Of a stretch of 64,000 nucleotides of DNA, positions 51,601 through 64,000 are shown one piece after another. Every line of letters starts with the position of its first letter. The stretch's first letter is position 1. The stretch comes from Camelus ferus (taxonomy: Eukaryota). Location: positions 33,668,001-33,732,000 of the forward strand of contig NC_045696.1 of NCBI RefSeq assembly GCF_009834535.1, given 5' to 3'. A model generated the notes under the pieces. The model was not told the DNA's origin. It ran no database searches and saw only the letters and a list, made by a program, of their open reading frames with translations. Made by a program: the position numbers and the translations under genes.

Positions 51601-52819
51601 GATCTGCAAAGAAACAAAGGTGGTTGCCCTTTCCAGAACAGAGCTGTTTGCTCAGGAGGAGGAACTATTTCTTCCTCCACCTTGGAGTGAGCTACTCTGG
51701 TCGAACAGAGCAACTGCTATCACTGCATAATGAGGGGGCATCAGGAACCATGTGCATAATCCGTCTGGAATAAAGCTATTAGGAGACTAAAGACTGACAG
51801 AGGATGCATTAAGACATTTACCAGGAGGAAGAAATTGAGGAGAAACATTTATTTTTGAGAAATGAAGGAAATAAGATTTGGTCAAATTATTGAGAGAAGA
51901 CAATGTGACAGAGACCCAAACACACAGTAGAGCCAGACCAAGGAGGATGAGGATGCTTTTAGGACAAAGGGATTGTATCCTTTTAACTTGCGTTGTCCCA
52001 CACTTGAGATGTCCCACATCATAAGGAGGTGGTAAATGCGTTTAGATTATGGTGATAATTGTTCTTGTTCTTCCTGATGAAAGTATGAATGACTGTAGGG
52101 AATTACATGGAATTCAGACACAAGGAAATTAAGTAGTCAGCCAATGTTTATTGACATTGAAATTTATTTACTAATTTTCCAGTGGATGTCATAGAAGCCA
52201 ACATGGATTGTCCAAATTAGGCTGGACGTATCACAAAGGTTTTGTTTTTAAAACTATAGATAGAGCTAAGTAAGTAGAGACCAAGGCTGAATAAACCTGT
52301 TATGTCTATAGAGATGTGTGTCTGTAACTTTATCAACTGTGTGGGACATAATTAGTGATAGGAATACTATAAATTTTTCTTTAATTCTACATTTCTATTT
52401 TCCAATGATTGAGTAATTCAAACCAGCACAGTGGAACACGTGGGATGAGCAAAATATCTTAATTATACACATGTTTGAATATTGGCTCCTTGAAGGACAG
52501 GCTGTGTTAAAAATAAAAATTCCAGGATGTCGAATTCCTAAGGGAATTGTCTCTCTTTTGCTTTTTTTTTTCCCCCCTTAAGATTACACAAACACCAATG
52601 GTATTTGTTGCAGAGATTCTTTGGAGTTTTTCTTTGTTCCACTGTGTTCAACATTGTTATTACTGAGTTTTTATAGTCCAGTCTTCCACTGACATCTGAA
52701 GAATTGTCAAGAAATCTTTTTTCAAATTAGATTATGCTTTCCAAAATACTCTAGCTCCAGGAAAATGTTAATTCTGATGTCTGAATAGGTTATAGCATTA
52801 TATTAAAAAAAAAATACAT

Positions 52820-52975
52820 GTAGAATCAGAGAGCTTCTAGAACTAGAAGAAGTCTTAGAGATTGTCCGGTTTTATTTTCCCTATTTTACAGATGAGGAAA
52901 CACAGCAAGAATATTTAGTCATTTTTTCCAGAAGCACATAGGTTGTTAGTAACAGAACTAGGTCAGGAATCTTTT
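52820..52975 (-). mobile_element. MIR fragment
   Basis: ctattttacagatgaggaaacacagc is the reversed MIR core. Confidence 0.75.
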
Positions 52976-53400
52976 CTTTTTCAGATACTTTAAGAAAGCA
53001 TTCTTTCAGGAATATTTCATTATACACTAAGACTTCATTTTTTTTTTTTTGAGCATGTGATATGGTTCTGCTTCATGGTCATAAATACTTGCAAACATCA
53101 CATAGTCTTTTATTATTCTTAAGAAAAAAAAAAGACTGCTTTATCCAGGGGTATCTCATTCTTCACTTTTCTCAGCTTCAGGTTATTTGCACATAAATTC
53201 TTCAGTTCAGAGTCATCTTACAAACTGTTTTTCTCTTGTTTGTCTATGTGGATTCAAATATTTCACTTCTGCCTTCCCCTCTCAATTTGAATCCTTTTCA
53301 AGCTTGGCTATTCAACAGGGAACTCTCTAATCATCTTTGAATTTTTATTTTAATAACTGCAACCGATAGGAACCAGAAGCTTAAAATAAATGCAAAGCCA

Positions 53401-54821
53401 AGAGAGCCCAGGAATAAACTCACATATTTATGGTCAATTAATCTATGACAAAGGAGGCAAGAATACAATGGAGAAAAGACAGTCTCTTCAATAAGTGGTG
53501 CTGGGAAAACTGGACAGCTATGTGTAAAAGAATGAAATTAGAACATTCTCTAATACCACATATAAAAATAAACTCAAAATTGATTCAAGATCTAAATGTA
53601 AGACCGGAAACCATAAGACTCTGAGATGAAAACATAAGCAGAACACTCTGACATAAATCCTAGCAGTAGTTTTTTGGATCTGTCTCCTAAAGCAAAGGAA
53701 ATAAAAGCAAAAATAAACAAATGGGACCTAATGAAACCTATAAGATTTGCACAGCAAAGGAAACCATCGACAAAACCAACAGAATGAAAAGGCAACCTAC
53801 TGAGCGGGAGAAAATATTTGCAAATGATATGACAATAAAGAGCTAATATCTAATGTATACAAACAGCTCTTACAACTCAACATCAAAAAAACAAACAATC
53901 CAATTATAAAATGGGCAGAAGACCTGCAGAGACATTTTTCTAAAGAGGACATGCAGATGGCCAACATGCACATGAAAAAATGCTCAAAATCCTAATCAGG
54001 GAACGCAAATCAAAAACACAATGAGATATCACCTCACACGTGTCAGAATGGCTATCATCAAAAAGAAGGCAAATAACCAATGTTGGAGAAGATGTGGAAA
54101 AAGGGAACCCTCATACAATGTTGGTAGGAATATAAATTGGTGCAGCCATTATGAAAAACAATATGGAGGTTTCTCAAAAAACTAAAAGTAGAACTACCAT
54201 ATGGCCCAGAAATTCCACTCTGGGTAGATACCTAAAAAAACAAAACACAAATTCAAAAAATACACTCTTCCCAATGTTAACAGCAGCATTATTTAAAATT
54301 GCCAAGATATAGAAGCAAAATCTAAGTGTCCGTTAACAGATGAATGGATAAAGAAGATGTGATATATACACATACAATAGATTATTACTCAGCCATAAAA
54401 AAGAATGAAATTTTGCCACTTGCAACAGCATGGATGGACTTGGGGGTACAATGCTAAGTGAAATAAGTCAGACAGAGAAAGACCAGTTCTGTAAGCTTAT
54501 CACTTATATGTGGAATCTAAAATATACAACAAACTAGTGAATATAGCAAAAAAGAAATAGACTCACAGATACAGCGAACAAACTAGTGGTTACCTGTGGG
54601 GGGAGGGAAGGGGAGAGGGAAACGTACAGGTAGGGGATTAAGAGTAATAAACTATTAGGTCTAAAATAAGCTACAAGGATATGTTGTGCCACACAGAGAA
54701 TATGGTCAATATCTTAGAAAAACTATAAATGGAGAAAAACCTTTAAAAATTTTGCACCACTATATTGTATACCTCTGACATATAATATTGTACATCAACT
54801 ATACTTCAACTTAAAAAAATA
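53401..54821 (+). mobile_element. 5'-truncated L1 (ORF2 C-terminus and cetartiodactyl-type 3' UTR)
   Basis: ggagaaaagacagtctcttcaataagtggtgctgggaaaactgg…acatcaactatacttcaac followed by an A-tail. Confidence 0.93.
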
Positions 54822-55337
54822 AGTAGTTGAAAACCACCTCACTAGGCAGGAACATCAGAAGTAGAGAACTGCGTTTTGCAGGTCCTCAATCCACGGCCTT
54901 TCAGAAGGAGAAACAGACACAGCCTCTGAGCCAAGACAGGGCACTTACCTGACAACCGGCCCCTTCCTCCTCCTCCTCCTGCTTTGGGTTGTCTTCTCAG
55001 GCAATAATCACATCTGCATCTTGAGAAAATACTTTCAAAAGCATCAGCACAGCTCCTTCACTGGCTCCCTCCACACCCAGAGGCAGGAGGGCCTCTACAC
55101 GCTGGAGAGTCCAACCCTCTAGTCTCTTGTCTCAGGAGAGATTCAGGAACAATGAAGACCCAACTGTGATTTTTTTTTTTCTTTCCTGTCTACAGGTGCT
55201 CACCCCTCAAACATCCAAAAATTCTGCTGCAGCAGGAAGCAGGGGGCTGCACCGATCTGCCTCTTCCAAACCCACATAAAGCAGATACTGCTGTCTCCCC
55301 TTGGACCAAAGCCGGGACGCAGCTCTCACAGAGTACC

Positions 55338-55692
55338 CAGTAGCTCTTGTGCTTCCTCCTAGCCGCACCTTAGAATCACCTGGGGCACTTAATTAAAATA
55401 TCATTGACGCTTCCACCTACATCAAAGACAGATGCTGAGGGGAGGGCACAGGTGATGTTTGTTGTTAATTCTCACCAGGTGATCTTAATGGAAAACCTGA
55501 TGGGAACCACTTAGCTACACATTTCTCCTGAAGCTTTAAAGTGCCCACAGGTCCCTTGAGGCTCAGGAATCCCCTCTAAGAGGCTACGATTCTGCAGGTT
55601 TGTAGTGGGGTCCATGTCATGGCATCTTTAACAAGTTTCTTGCTGTTGCTGGTGTGGCTCTCCCTGGACCCGATTTCAGTAGCACTGAGCTA
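55338..55692. mobile_element. Two adjacent MER5-type MITEs
   Basis: ttagaatcacctggggcactt…ccaggtgatctt…ggaaccact; gcatctttaacaagttt…gtagcactgagctag. Confidence 0.6.
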
Positions 55693-56305
55693 GAGATGTC
55701 ACGCCTGGCACACCTGAGTCCTCTGCATGGTGTGAAGGTTTGGGAAGGGAACATCTAGAACCATGGTGTCCCTTGGCCAGCTCCTGGTTTCAGAGCTTAT
55801 CCTGGAATTGGTGTGGCTGTGTTGTTGTCTAGGGCACATGCTGCAGGCGTGGAGAGAACTATGTGGTGGCTTCAGGGTTGTGTGAAGGGTTGCCCTCAGA
55901 ATTCTCCCCAAAGTTACCCTTTGTCCTCAAGTCCTTTAGCCCCCTGTCTCCTCAGGGCCCACTTGAGTCACAGGAAGATCCATGGTGTGACCCCCTGCCC
56001 ACAGGTGAGCAGAGCCTCCGTCCCCAGGAGACTGGAGGTGCGAAGGTGTTGACATCACAGCTGTGCTTGAAAATAAACTAAAGATAAACTGCAGCAGAGG
56101 ATGGATTCATATTTTATGCTGGGAATGGAGAGAAGCCTTTGTAAATGAGGCCATGAATGTCTGTTTAATGATACACAAAGGAAGCTGTGATACATGCTAA
56201 GTAATAAGGGAGATTATAACTGAAAAAAATGCAAAGCCACACAGCAGTGTTCTTGTAAGTCAGATTTCCCCTTTTACTGTTGGGGACATATCTGAGTGGC
56301 GTGTG

Positions 56306-57036
56306 CTGAGAGAGATTTGCCCTGAAGCCAATGAGGCGAAGTCTTCAGAGCCCCTTCCAAAGCCCTGAGATGCATCCTAGCATTCATGTTGACATATGTT
56401 TTTGCAAATTTTTTCAAAAATAAGCTATTTTAGCCACAATGCTTTAAGAGCATCCTCCTTTTCACTCAGATGTCCCCATCATACTTTCCCTGTGTCGGGT
56501 GGTGGGGATCAAGTTAAGGGAAAATTGAGCTGGTAGCCACCTACTGTTTGGACTTGGATTCAGTGGGATGTATTTACACCACTGTCACACCCTGCCGGGT
56601 ATAGGTAAGTCATCATATCCCAATGTGTGGATGGCTTCTAGGAACACTCCAGCCCCTGTCTGCGCCCTTTCAAAAGGAGCTGGGAGTATATTACGCTATG
56701 GGCAGGTCCTATGAAGGTTCTGTTACCAAGTATAAGAAGGTACTGGAAAAGGAACGTGTTTGAAACGGGACGATAAAACCAAGTTGTTTGAAGAGTACTA
56801 CGTTATACCATGCTTGCATCTTAAGCAGGTAGTTAATACAAATTACATGGTTTTTCTAAATTTGGTGTTTATGGTATGCATCACATTTTCAAAATTTGTC
56901 AGTTGTGTTTCTCATTCTAAACACATATTCACTTTAATACAGAATTTAGTATTCGTTTTGTATTCTTTTCCTTAAAAAGCCCTCCCTCCCCACAACTTCT
57001 ATGTTTCAGGCCCCACGAATCACAGATCAGTCCCTG
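56306..57036. mobile_element. hAT-Tip100 non-autonomous element (MER115/Zaphod-like)
   Basis: gatttgccctgaagccaatgagg…cttcagagcccc…catatgtttttgcaaattt and the end tttcaggcccc…gatcagtccctg. About 730 bp. Confidence 0.7.
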
Positions 57037-57599
57037 GGTGATTAACTTTCCAGAAATAAGCTTCAGGGAAGCCTGATCATGCCTCATTCCAGGAGCCAGA
57101 GCTCAGCAGGGCTGGGGCAGGAAAGGCCTATAATGAGCAACCGAAGTCAAAACAGGTGAAAACCTCTTCTGAGACGTGCAATCAATGGATCAACATCAGA
57201 GAAGTTGAATTCTGTTGACAAGTCTAAGGGGATCGACATGGGGCCAGGAAACAGACAAGTTCAGAAGCGTCACAGGCCCAGATGTATGTATCTCAAAGAG
57301 CGAGGAGCAAGTTTGCATCAAAGAACATTTCCATGAAAAAGCTGGCATTTCTAAGACTTGTTTTTATGAATGTGCACTGCCTAAGAGGAAGGTCGTTTGA
57401 TCTGTTTCAAACAGTCAGCACAGACACAATGTCCACTGTCCATTGTCAAGGGAAAAGGATTTAACACATACATGACTTCAAGACTGCAATCAAAGTAGGG
57501 ATTGAAATCACTACTTTGTTTTACTTGTATTAGTTTTCTTAGCATATATAGTTGACCCTGTAGAAAAACTAAATGAAAAGAAAAAAAATATTGTATGTT

Positions 57600-57601
<2 letters not shown>

Positions 57602-57638
<37 letters not shown>
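57602..57638. repeat. (CA)n microsatellite, ~18 units
   Basis: Read directly from the sequence. Confidence 0.97.
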
Positions 57639-57640
<2 letters not shown>

Positions 57641-57979
57641 TTCCAGGGTTCTGGGAATAGGGAGAATTCTCCTGCTCTGTTATTACGGAATTTGGAAGAA
57701 GAAGAAAATGGGGATTATCTTCCTCTTCCATAAGTTTATGATAATCTGATTTCTGATGCAGACATTGGACTAGATTTTTCAATTACTCATCATGATATCT
57801 CAGTCATGAAATTAGCTGCCCAGTAATTTAGTTCAGGGAGCACAGCGAATTTGCATTATAAGCAGTTTAGAAGGCGGGCATCCAATCACCCAGAGGAGGG
57901 CATTTATACTCTTACATTTTGTATGTGAATGTGAGCAAAGAGTAGGCACTCAATATTCATGTTTTAGTAGACTGAGAGG

Positions 57980-58390
57980 CAAACTGGCTCAGTGGAAAAG
58001 ACATGACCTTTGAAGTTACACAGACTGAGCATTCAGTCCTAATTCTGCTTTGGTCAAGCAATCTAAAATCTCTACAACTCAGTTATCTCATCTGTAACAT
58101 GGGAATTAAACAAATCACCTTGGAAAGGATTCAATTGGGATGACTTTTGTAAAAGTTTCTTGTTACAAATGCCTATTTAATTGAGGCCATTAGTAATTGA
58201 TACTTGAAATTGTACACTTCTTAAGAAGTCTAGCATTTAACAGGCATTTTTGTGCATTATCTCATTTAATCCACATATCTATATGGATTATAATGTGAGG
58301 ATTACCACATCTTTTTTACTAATAAGAGCGCTTTTTCCCACATCAAAAAACTAACAATTAGAGTAAGATCAAAACCAAATCTTCTTGCAC
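57980..58390. mobile_element. Two oppositely oriented MIR fragments
   Basis: ctcagttatctcatctgtaacatggg (+); gcattatctcatttaatcc (-). Confidence 0.65.
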
Positions 58391-59204
58391 CTTCTGAGCT
58401 TTCTGACAGAGAACCTGCAAATTAAGATATTGTGTGTTTTTAAATGATTTATTCTATCACCTTTAATCCTGACCCAACACACCCTCAGACTGTGAGAAAT
58501 GAGAATACTTCACAAACATTACCTTAATTATTCAAAAAATCAGGACAAAATGTAACATTGATTCTTTTAGCAGAGGAACTAACAGCACATCCCTAAAGAG
58601 ATTTAGTGAGTTGACATTTTCAGATGAAAATTACAGTAAGATGTCAATGGAAAGAAGTTATAACTCTTCCAACCCATTATTCACTATTTTAATGAGATTT
58701 GAGGTTGACCTGAGTGGAAAAATAACAATGATCCTCCAGACCAGAATATGTTGCATGAATTGATTCTGAAACCCCATGTTACAAGTAATGCTCTACAATT
58801 GCAAAAATCTGTCAGAACTCTATTTGGCTCATGAAAGCCACATTACTTTTGTTCACTCTTCTAAAAATCCTCCCCTTTTCTGGCCATTTTTGGTTCCTCC
58901 TACTGTCTCTTTTACTCCAGTTGGCTAAGAAATTATTAAAGTATGCTCACAGCAAATACATTCACATGTGACAATAGCAAAAACTCTAAGGGGGTGGGTA
59001 GCGTGGTGTACTAAGATTCTTTTCAGGGGGGTTGAATCCTAGCTCTGTTACTTGCAGGACTTACCTGAAGATTTCCTCAATTACCCAAATTACTAAAAAA
59101 GAAAAAAAGATTAATTTAAAAATCATAGTATTTACTCAGTGGTGAATGATTTATATACTTTAGCCTTCATAACAACTCTATTAAGTAGTTGGTTTAAATC
59201 TATC

Positions 59205-59392
59205 TTTTTTAATTGAAGTATAATCAGTTCACAATGTTGTGTTAGTTTCTGGTGTACAGTATAGTGGTTCAGTTATATTATGTATATTCCTTTTCATATT
59301 CCTTTTCATTATAAGCTATTATAAGGTATCAAATATAGTCCCATATGCTATACGATAGGACATTGTTGTCTATTTTATATATAGTAGTTCAT
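59205..59392 (-). mobile_element. Short L1 3' end (same type as 24520-24801) inserted in an MIR
   Basis: ttttaattgaagtataatcagttcacaatgttgtgttagtttctggtgtacag…ctattttatatatagtagt. MIR sequence continues on both sides. Confidence 0.85.
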
Positions 59393-61777
59393 ATTAAATA
59401 TCTTTATCTTGTAAATGGAGCCACTGATTTAAAGTGGCTGAGAAAATTGTCCAAGGACTTACAGTTTCTAAGTAGCACCACTAAAACTTAAATCCCCAGT
59501 TTTTTATATTGCTAACCGGCTCCCAAATAACGCTATCTACATGTTACTATTTGTGAGAATTCCTTGAGATAAATTCATATAACGTTCACAGTCCAAAGAG
59601 GACTTTTAGTAAAGATCAGTTCCCATCTCTTCGTATCTACTTTTAGTTTTCTCAAAGTAGTTTACATCTTTTATTTCATTGGGACTTCATCTGACAGATG
59701 TAGAAATGGAGGAAATTTGGGACTAAATGATATCAACAAATTTCCAGTAGAACCGGTCCTGGGACCTGGGGTTTCTGGTTTCACATTTGCAGCCTTATCT
59801 TCTCCAAACATGTCAAAATCCTGCAAGTAGTAACTTTCATTTTTCACTTCTCTTCAGTCCTCCTTCCCTTTTTGGCTTTGGGCAGAAAGGCATATGCTTA
59901 TTTTCATAAACGGATGAGTGCCTTGATGTTACAGAATATGATAAGACACACTTAAAATGATTAGTCTAATCTTTGGAATCTTCATGGCAGGAAGGCCACT
60001 CTCAGCAGGACTTCCTCTCCCAGTGCAATGACAAACCTTAATGGAATCTGGCCTGTGGAGTGTCTGGGTTATGTGCGAGGCTGGTGTTAGAGCAAGTGCA
60101 AGCAAGTTCTCCGAAGCTCAGCCTTTACAACACAGCACAACTCAAACATTCCTTCCAGGGACCGCCCACATTTTCCAGTGGGAATCTACTGAAATGATTC
60201 TCTTGAAAACAGTGTGGAAGAATGGGGGAAAGGCGTTAAGTATGTGTTTTCAGCCGAGATAGTGGATGGTGAGTGGGTGGAGACTTAAGGGAGAAAATGA
60301 CAAGCAAAGATGGAAAAAATAACCACGACTGCCACCAAAATATTCTGCTCGAGGATGAGGGGGTATACCCTGCAGCTGTTAGGACTGTTCGGCATACTCT
60401 GCATATTTACATATACCAAGTATTTCCAAACAGCCTTGTGTTTGTTTTAAAATCCCACACGGAGATGTCTGGTAAAGCTGTCACTGTGGAAAGCTTATCT
60501 TCTTGGTGATGTTTGCAAAACTGTTTTCAAAATTCTGCATATACAATCATAAGAGACAGAAGAGTTGCTGTCATTCCCCATATTATAGAGAAATTGGGAC
60601 CGGTACATTTACCCATCAGACAACATTCAGAGTAAAACACCATGTTCTAAGGCCACGAAAGCACCTGGTTGGTTGAAGCCAAGTTTTTATTATTACTTTT
60701 GATTCAATATCAGATGAAACACCAATCATCACCCAGAAATCCCTGGCTAGTCCTGAAGCCACCAAAGTGTGATTTTCTTAATTACTGTTGACTCTCATCT
60801 TTGATTTAGGAGTTGTTTTTTGTAAGAGAAATGATAATAACACTGGATGGATTTCTCCTATAGCCATTTTCTTTTGGAAACATAAAACTCCACACAACTG
60901 CACATAGCCCATTTGAAATAGGTCAGCGAATTTCCAGCAGAAGGAATGGGGTAGTTTAAAGCTACATTTTCCTTTTAGCAAGATCCACAAGAAAAGGATA
61001 GAGTGTCATGCTTACAGGGGAACAGATTTTGTATTTTTTGGCAAGATATTAAATCCTCTGTTTCTATATTTGGCTCTCTGCAAATAGTCTCTTGTACAAG
61101 TGCAAAGCAAAGATCAAGACTGGGGTTCTTCATTCAGCCACAGCCAAACTGGGGAGGGCAAGTAAAACAGTGGGGCTTATGTGTTACTTCTAAGAGAGCC
61201 AAGCTCATTTATTGATCAACAGCATCCCAGAGTCTAGGTTCCTACTTTACACATTAAATATATCAAAACAAGTTTGCTTTCCGTAACAGGTTTTCCACTG
61301 CTTAACTGATAACAGATGTAACGATTCAATCTGGACAGAAATGAAAAAGCTTTACGACGTCAGTGTAGTCATGTACAGATATTGAGTCAAATGGGTAGGA
61401 GCAGGTCAAATGAGATGACTGAAGTCTGAGGACATCAGAGAATGGGCATGTATTCCCAAAAAAGGAAGCAAAACAATTAAATGGTAGTTGACTGTCCCCA
61501 GAGGAAACACACTTCAGCTAGTAAGAATCCCCACCAGATGTCTTGCTCTCCACCCCCCGGAGTGCCTGTCTGACATAAATACAACGTAACCCTTTGGATT
61601 CCAAGACACTCTAATAACCACATAAACGTTTGAAGTAGCAACAAGTATTTCTTTTACGAATGTAGAGGAATCCTACACAAATGACCATTGCAAATGTGGA
61701 ACATGCCTCTAGTTCCAGTGTTACAATAATCCTCTCAGATTAAAAGGCTAATAAAAATACTGAAATCTAATTGTAAT

Positions 61778-62237
61778 TGTGGTAGGTCGAATAATGGCCC
61801 CCCAAAATGTTCACCTCCTAACCCCCAGAAGCTGAGACTATGTTACCTTATGTTTAAAGACTTTGTAGATGTAATTAGGAACTTTGCCATGGGGAAATAT
61901 CCTAGATTATCCAAGTAGGACCAATGTAATCACAAAGGTCCTTAAACATGTAAGAGGGAGGCAGAAGAGAGGGCAGAGTGATATGGTATGAAAAGGACTT
62001 GACCAGCAGTTGCTGGTTTTGGAGCTGGAGGAAAGAAGCCATTAGCCAAGGGCTCCAGAAGCTGGAAACAGGGAAGAAACAGATTAAAGCATCCAGAAGG
62101 AATGCAGCTGACACTCTGATTATTGCCCACCGAGTCCGATACTGGATGTTTGACCTACAGAGCCATAAGATAATACATTTATGTTGTTTTAAGCCATTAA
62201 GATTGCGGTAACTTTTTATAGCAGCCATAGAAAACAC
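61778..62237 (+). mobile_element. MaLR MLT1C/D-type LTR
   Basis: tgtggtaggtcgaataatggcccccc…gttgttttaagcca…ttatagcagccatagaaaac. Confidence 0.9.
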
Positions 62238-64000
62238 GTTAATACTTGTCTAGTCTAAATATAACAGACAATTAAGAAGCCATATTATTTCACCTGTAAT
62301 GATGGAGGGTCTACTAACTGAAGGACTAATTTCCAGGCTTGGTATTTTCACATTAAAGATTCACTTACTAAGATGATAGCGAGCCCATGAAGGGAACCTC
62401 TAGCTTCCCTTGAAGATGTAAAGTCTTGGACTTCTTTCCAGGTGCTCTCCTTCGATATAAATGAATTGTTAGGAAAGTTTTGCTTTTTCCTACTTACAGC
62501 AAGTTCTGTATTAACAAATGTAAAAGCAAAATGACAAAATGCTCCTCTCCCAAAGGGTCCACTGACAGCTTTAGAAGTGTTGTATTAAAAAATTCACAAG
62601 CCTCCTGCTGCTGTGTAATTGTTGTAGCCCTTTTCACTTGTCTTCTGTTATAAACACTTGCTTTATAACCATACACTCGTTACTATAACATGTAAATCCT
62701 TTGGCTGTAGAAATTAATCTCATTGAAAAAAACCTAAGATATTTTGATTTCTAAAGATAGTTGTAAGTTGCTTAATTGAGTAAGAAGAAAGCAGAGAGCT
62801 TTAGTTAATTGTCAAGAAGTGCAGACAAAACCAAATTGCTACATTAAAATATAAACATTAAGTTTACATTAAGTTATTTATTAAACAAATTGAAGATATT
62901 TGTTTTTATTACAAAGTCCTCCATCATCTTATATCATCAACACATAGCTATGAGACCTGCCTTTGAAGTGACTGGAAATATGAAAATGTCCCTTCCTCCA
63001 AGCCCATGAAAAACAACAAAAAATACATGATTTTTATAACCAGCTTGTAAAGCCAAAAGTGTTATGAATTACATACTTTTGGTAAATTAAAAATGTTAAC
63101 ATAGCTAAGATTAGTTCATTTCTCTTTCCGGACATGTAAAATTAAGATGGCATATAATTGCTCATAAAACTAATGAATCTGAATCTTTTTGTATTTCAAA
63201 GTTGTAAGATAATACTTCTATTATTAGTTCTCAGTTTACTTAATCAAGTGACAAATAGAAAGCTCACCATGCTATGTATTTTTTTATAAAAGCCTTTCAC
63301 CTTATCTAGATTTAAATGATGAAAACAAACTGAATGCATGTTTTCCCATTTAATATGTGCACTTTAAAACAATACAAAGAATTTACATGAAAACCCTTCC
63401 CTATATTGTATACCCAGAAAAATGTATGGAATAGTATTTTTAAATCAGATACAATACCCAAGATTGTAAACAGTCTAAGAAATTAAATCAAGTGTGTAAA
63501 TCATTGTTATTAAATTTTGCCCGAGCCACAGCATAGGAAAAAATGTACATCTCTATTAGTATAAAGAGATATCATTAGAAAAGTTCACATCTTATGCGTA
63601 TACCAAAGACACTAATTAAAGAATCTTGCATTCTAAAAGAGTTATTCTTAGGTCAAAATTTAGTAGTCCAAAAATCCTTAAAAAGGAAGCGAATTGCTGA
63701 TGACCCACCATTTTCTAGAAGGGGTCATTGTTTATTTACACAATAGAATTGGTAAATTACACTCAATTAGCATTTCTTGAAACTCTACAAGATTGGGACA
63801 ATTTTATGGGATCAAATGTGATTTCAAGAGAACACTAGATTGATCAATTACTTGAAACTATAAAAATATTTTTCAAACAAACAAAAAAAGTACAATGGAC
63901 AGTAAGAAAAGTAAGGCAATTAAGATATTTTAATTATAATGATTATTTCTATACTTTGGGAAAGTGTAGAGGGTGAAATTCCCAGAGAGCACTAAAAGGA

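Noticed and set aside
57215..57782. ORF cluster near the (CA)n repeat
   Set aside because: No recognisable domain or splice structure, and one ORF reads through the microsatellite.
61528..61548. CTCF-like CCACCAGATGTC
   Set aside because: It mismatches the conserved GGC part of the core, and a single degenerate motif is not supportable.
1..64000. CRISPR arrays, operons, defence systems or other prokaryote-type systems
   Set aside because: The sequence is mammalian non-coding DNA with no long ORFs and no regularly spaced repeat-spacer arrays.

Overview
AT-rich, repeat-dense mammalian non-coding DNA (intronic or intergenic). It is almost certainly from a camelid, because it carries a tRNA-Ala-derived vic-1-type SINE (17564-17694) alongside cetartiodactyl-type L1 3' ends. 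I cannot support any protein-coding gene, functional RNA gene or CpG-island promoter. The ORFs I can interpret are decayed retroelement remnants (L1 ORF1/ORF2, ERV-L integrase and dUTPase); the rest look like chance ORFs. Much of the window is recognisable interspersed repeat: L1, L2, MIR, MaLR/ERVL/ERV1 LTRs, two degraded ERV-L proviruses, and Tigger/hAT DNA transposons, several nested and with intact target-site duplications (TSDs). Family names come from my recall of repeat consensus sequences, not from a search. I see no convincing new biological system. The observations most worth a second look are: (i) an L1 flanked by a ~90-bp diverged direct duplication instead of a normal short TSD; (ii) several + strand AG|GT recursive-splice-site-like motifs; (iii) a 77-bp segment inside an MLT2 LTR that looks copied from a neighbouring MLT1 LTR; (iv) a 2.2-kb L1 that keeps both termini but lacks most of its interior; and (v) STAT/GAS motifs in ERV1 LTRs.
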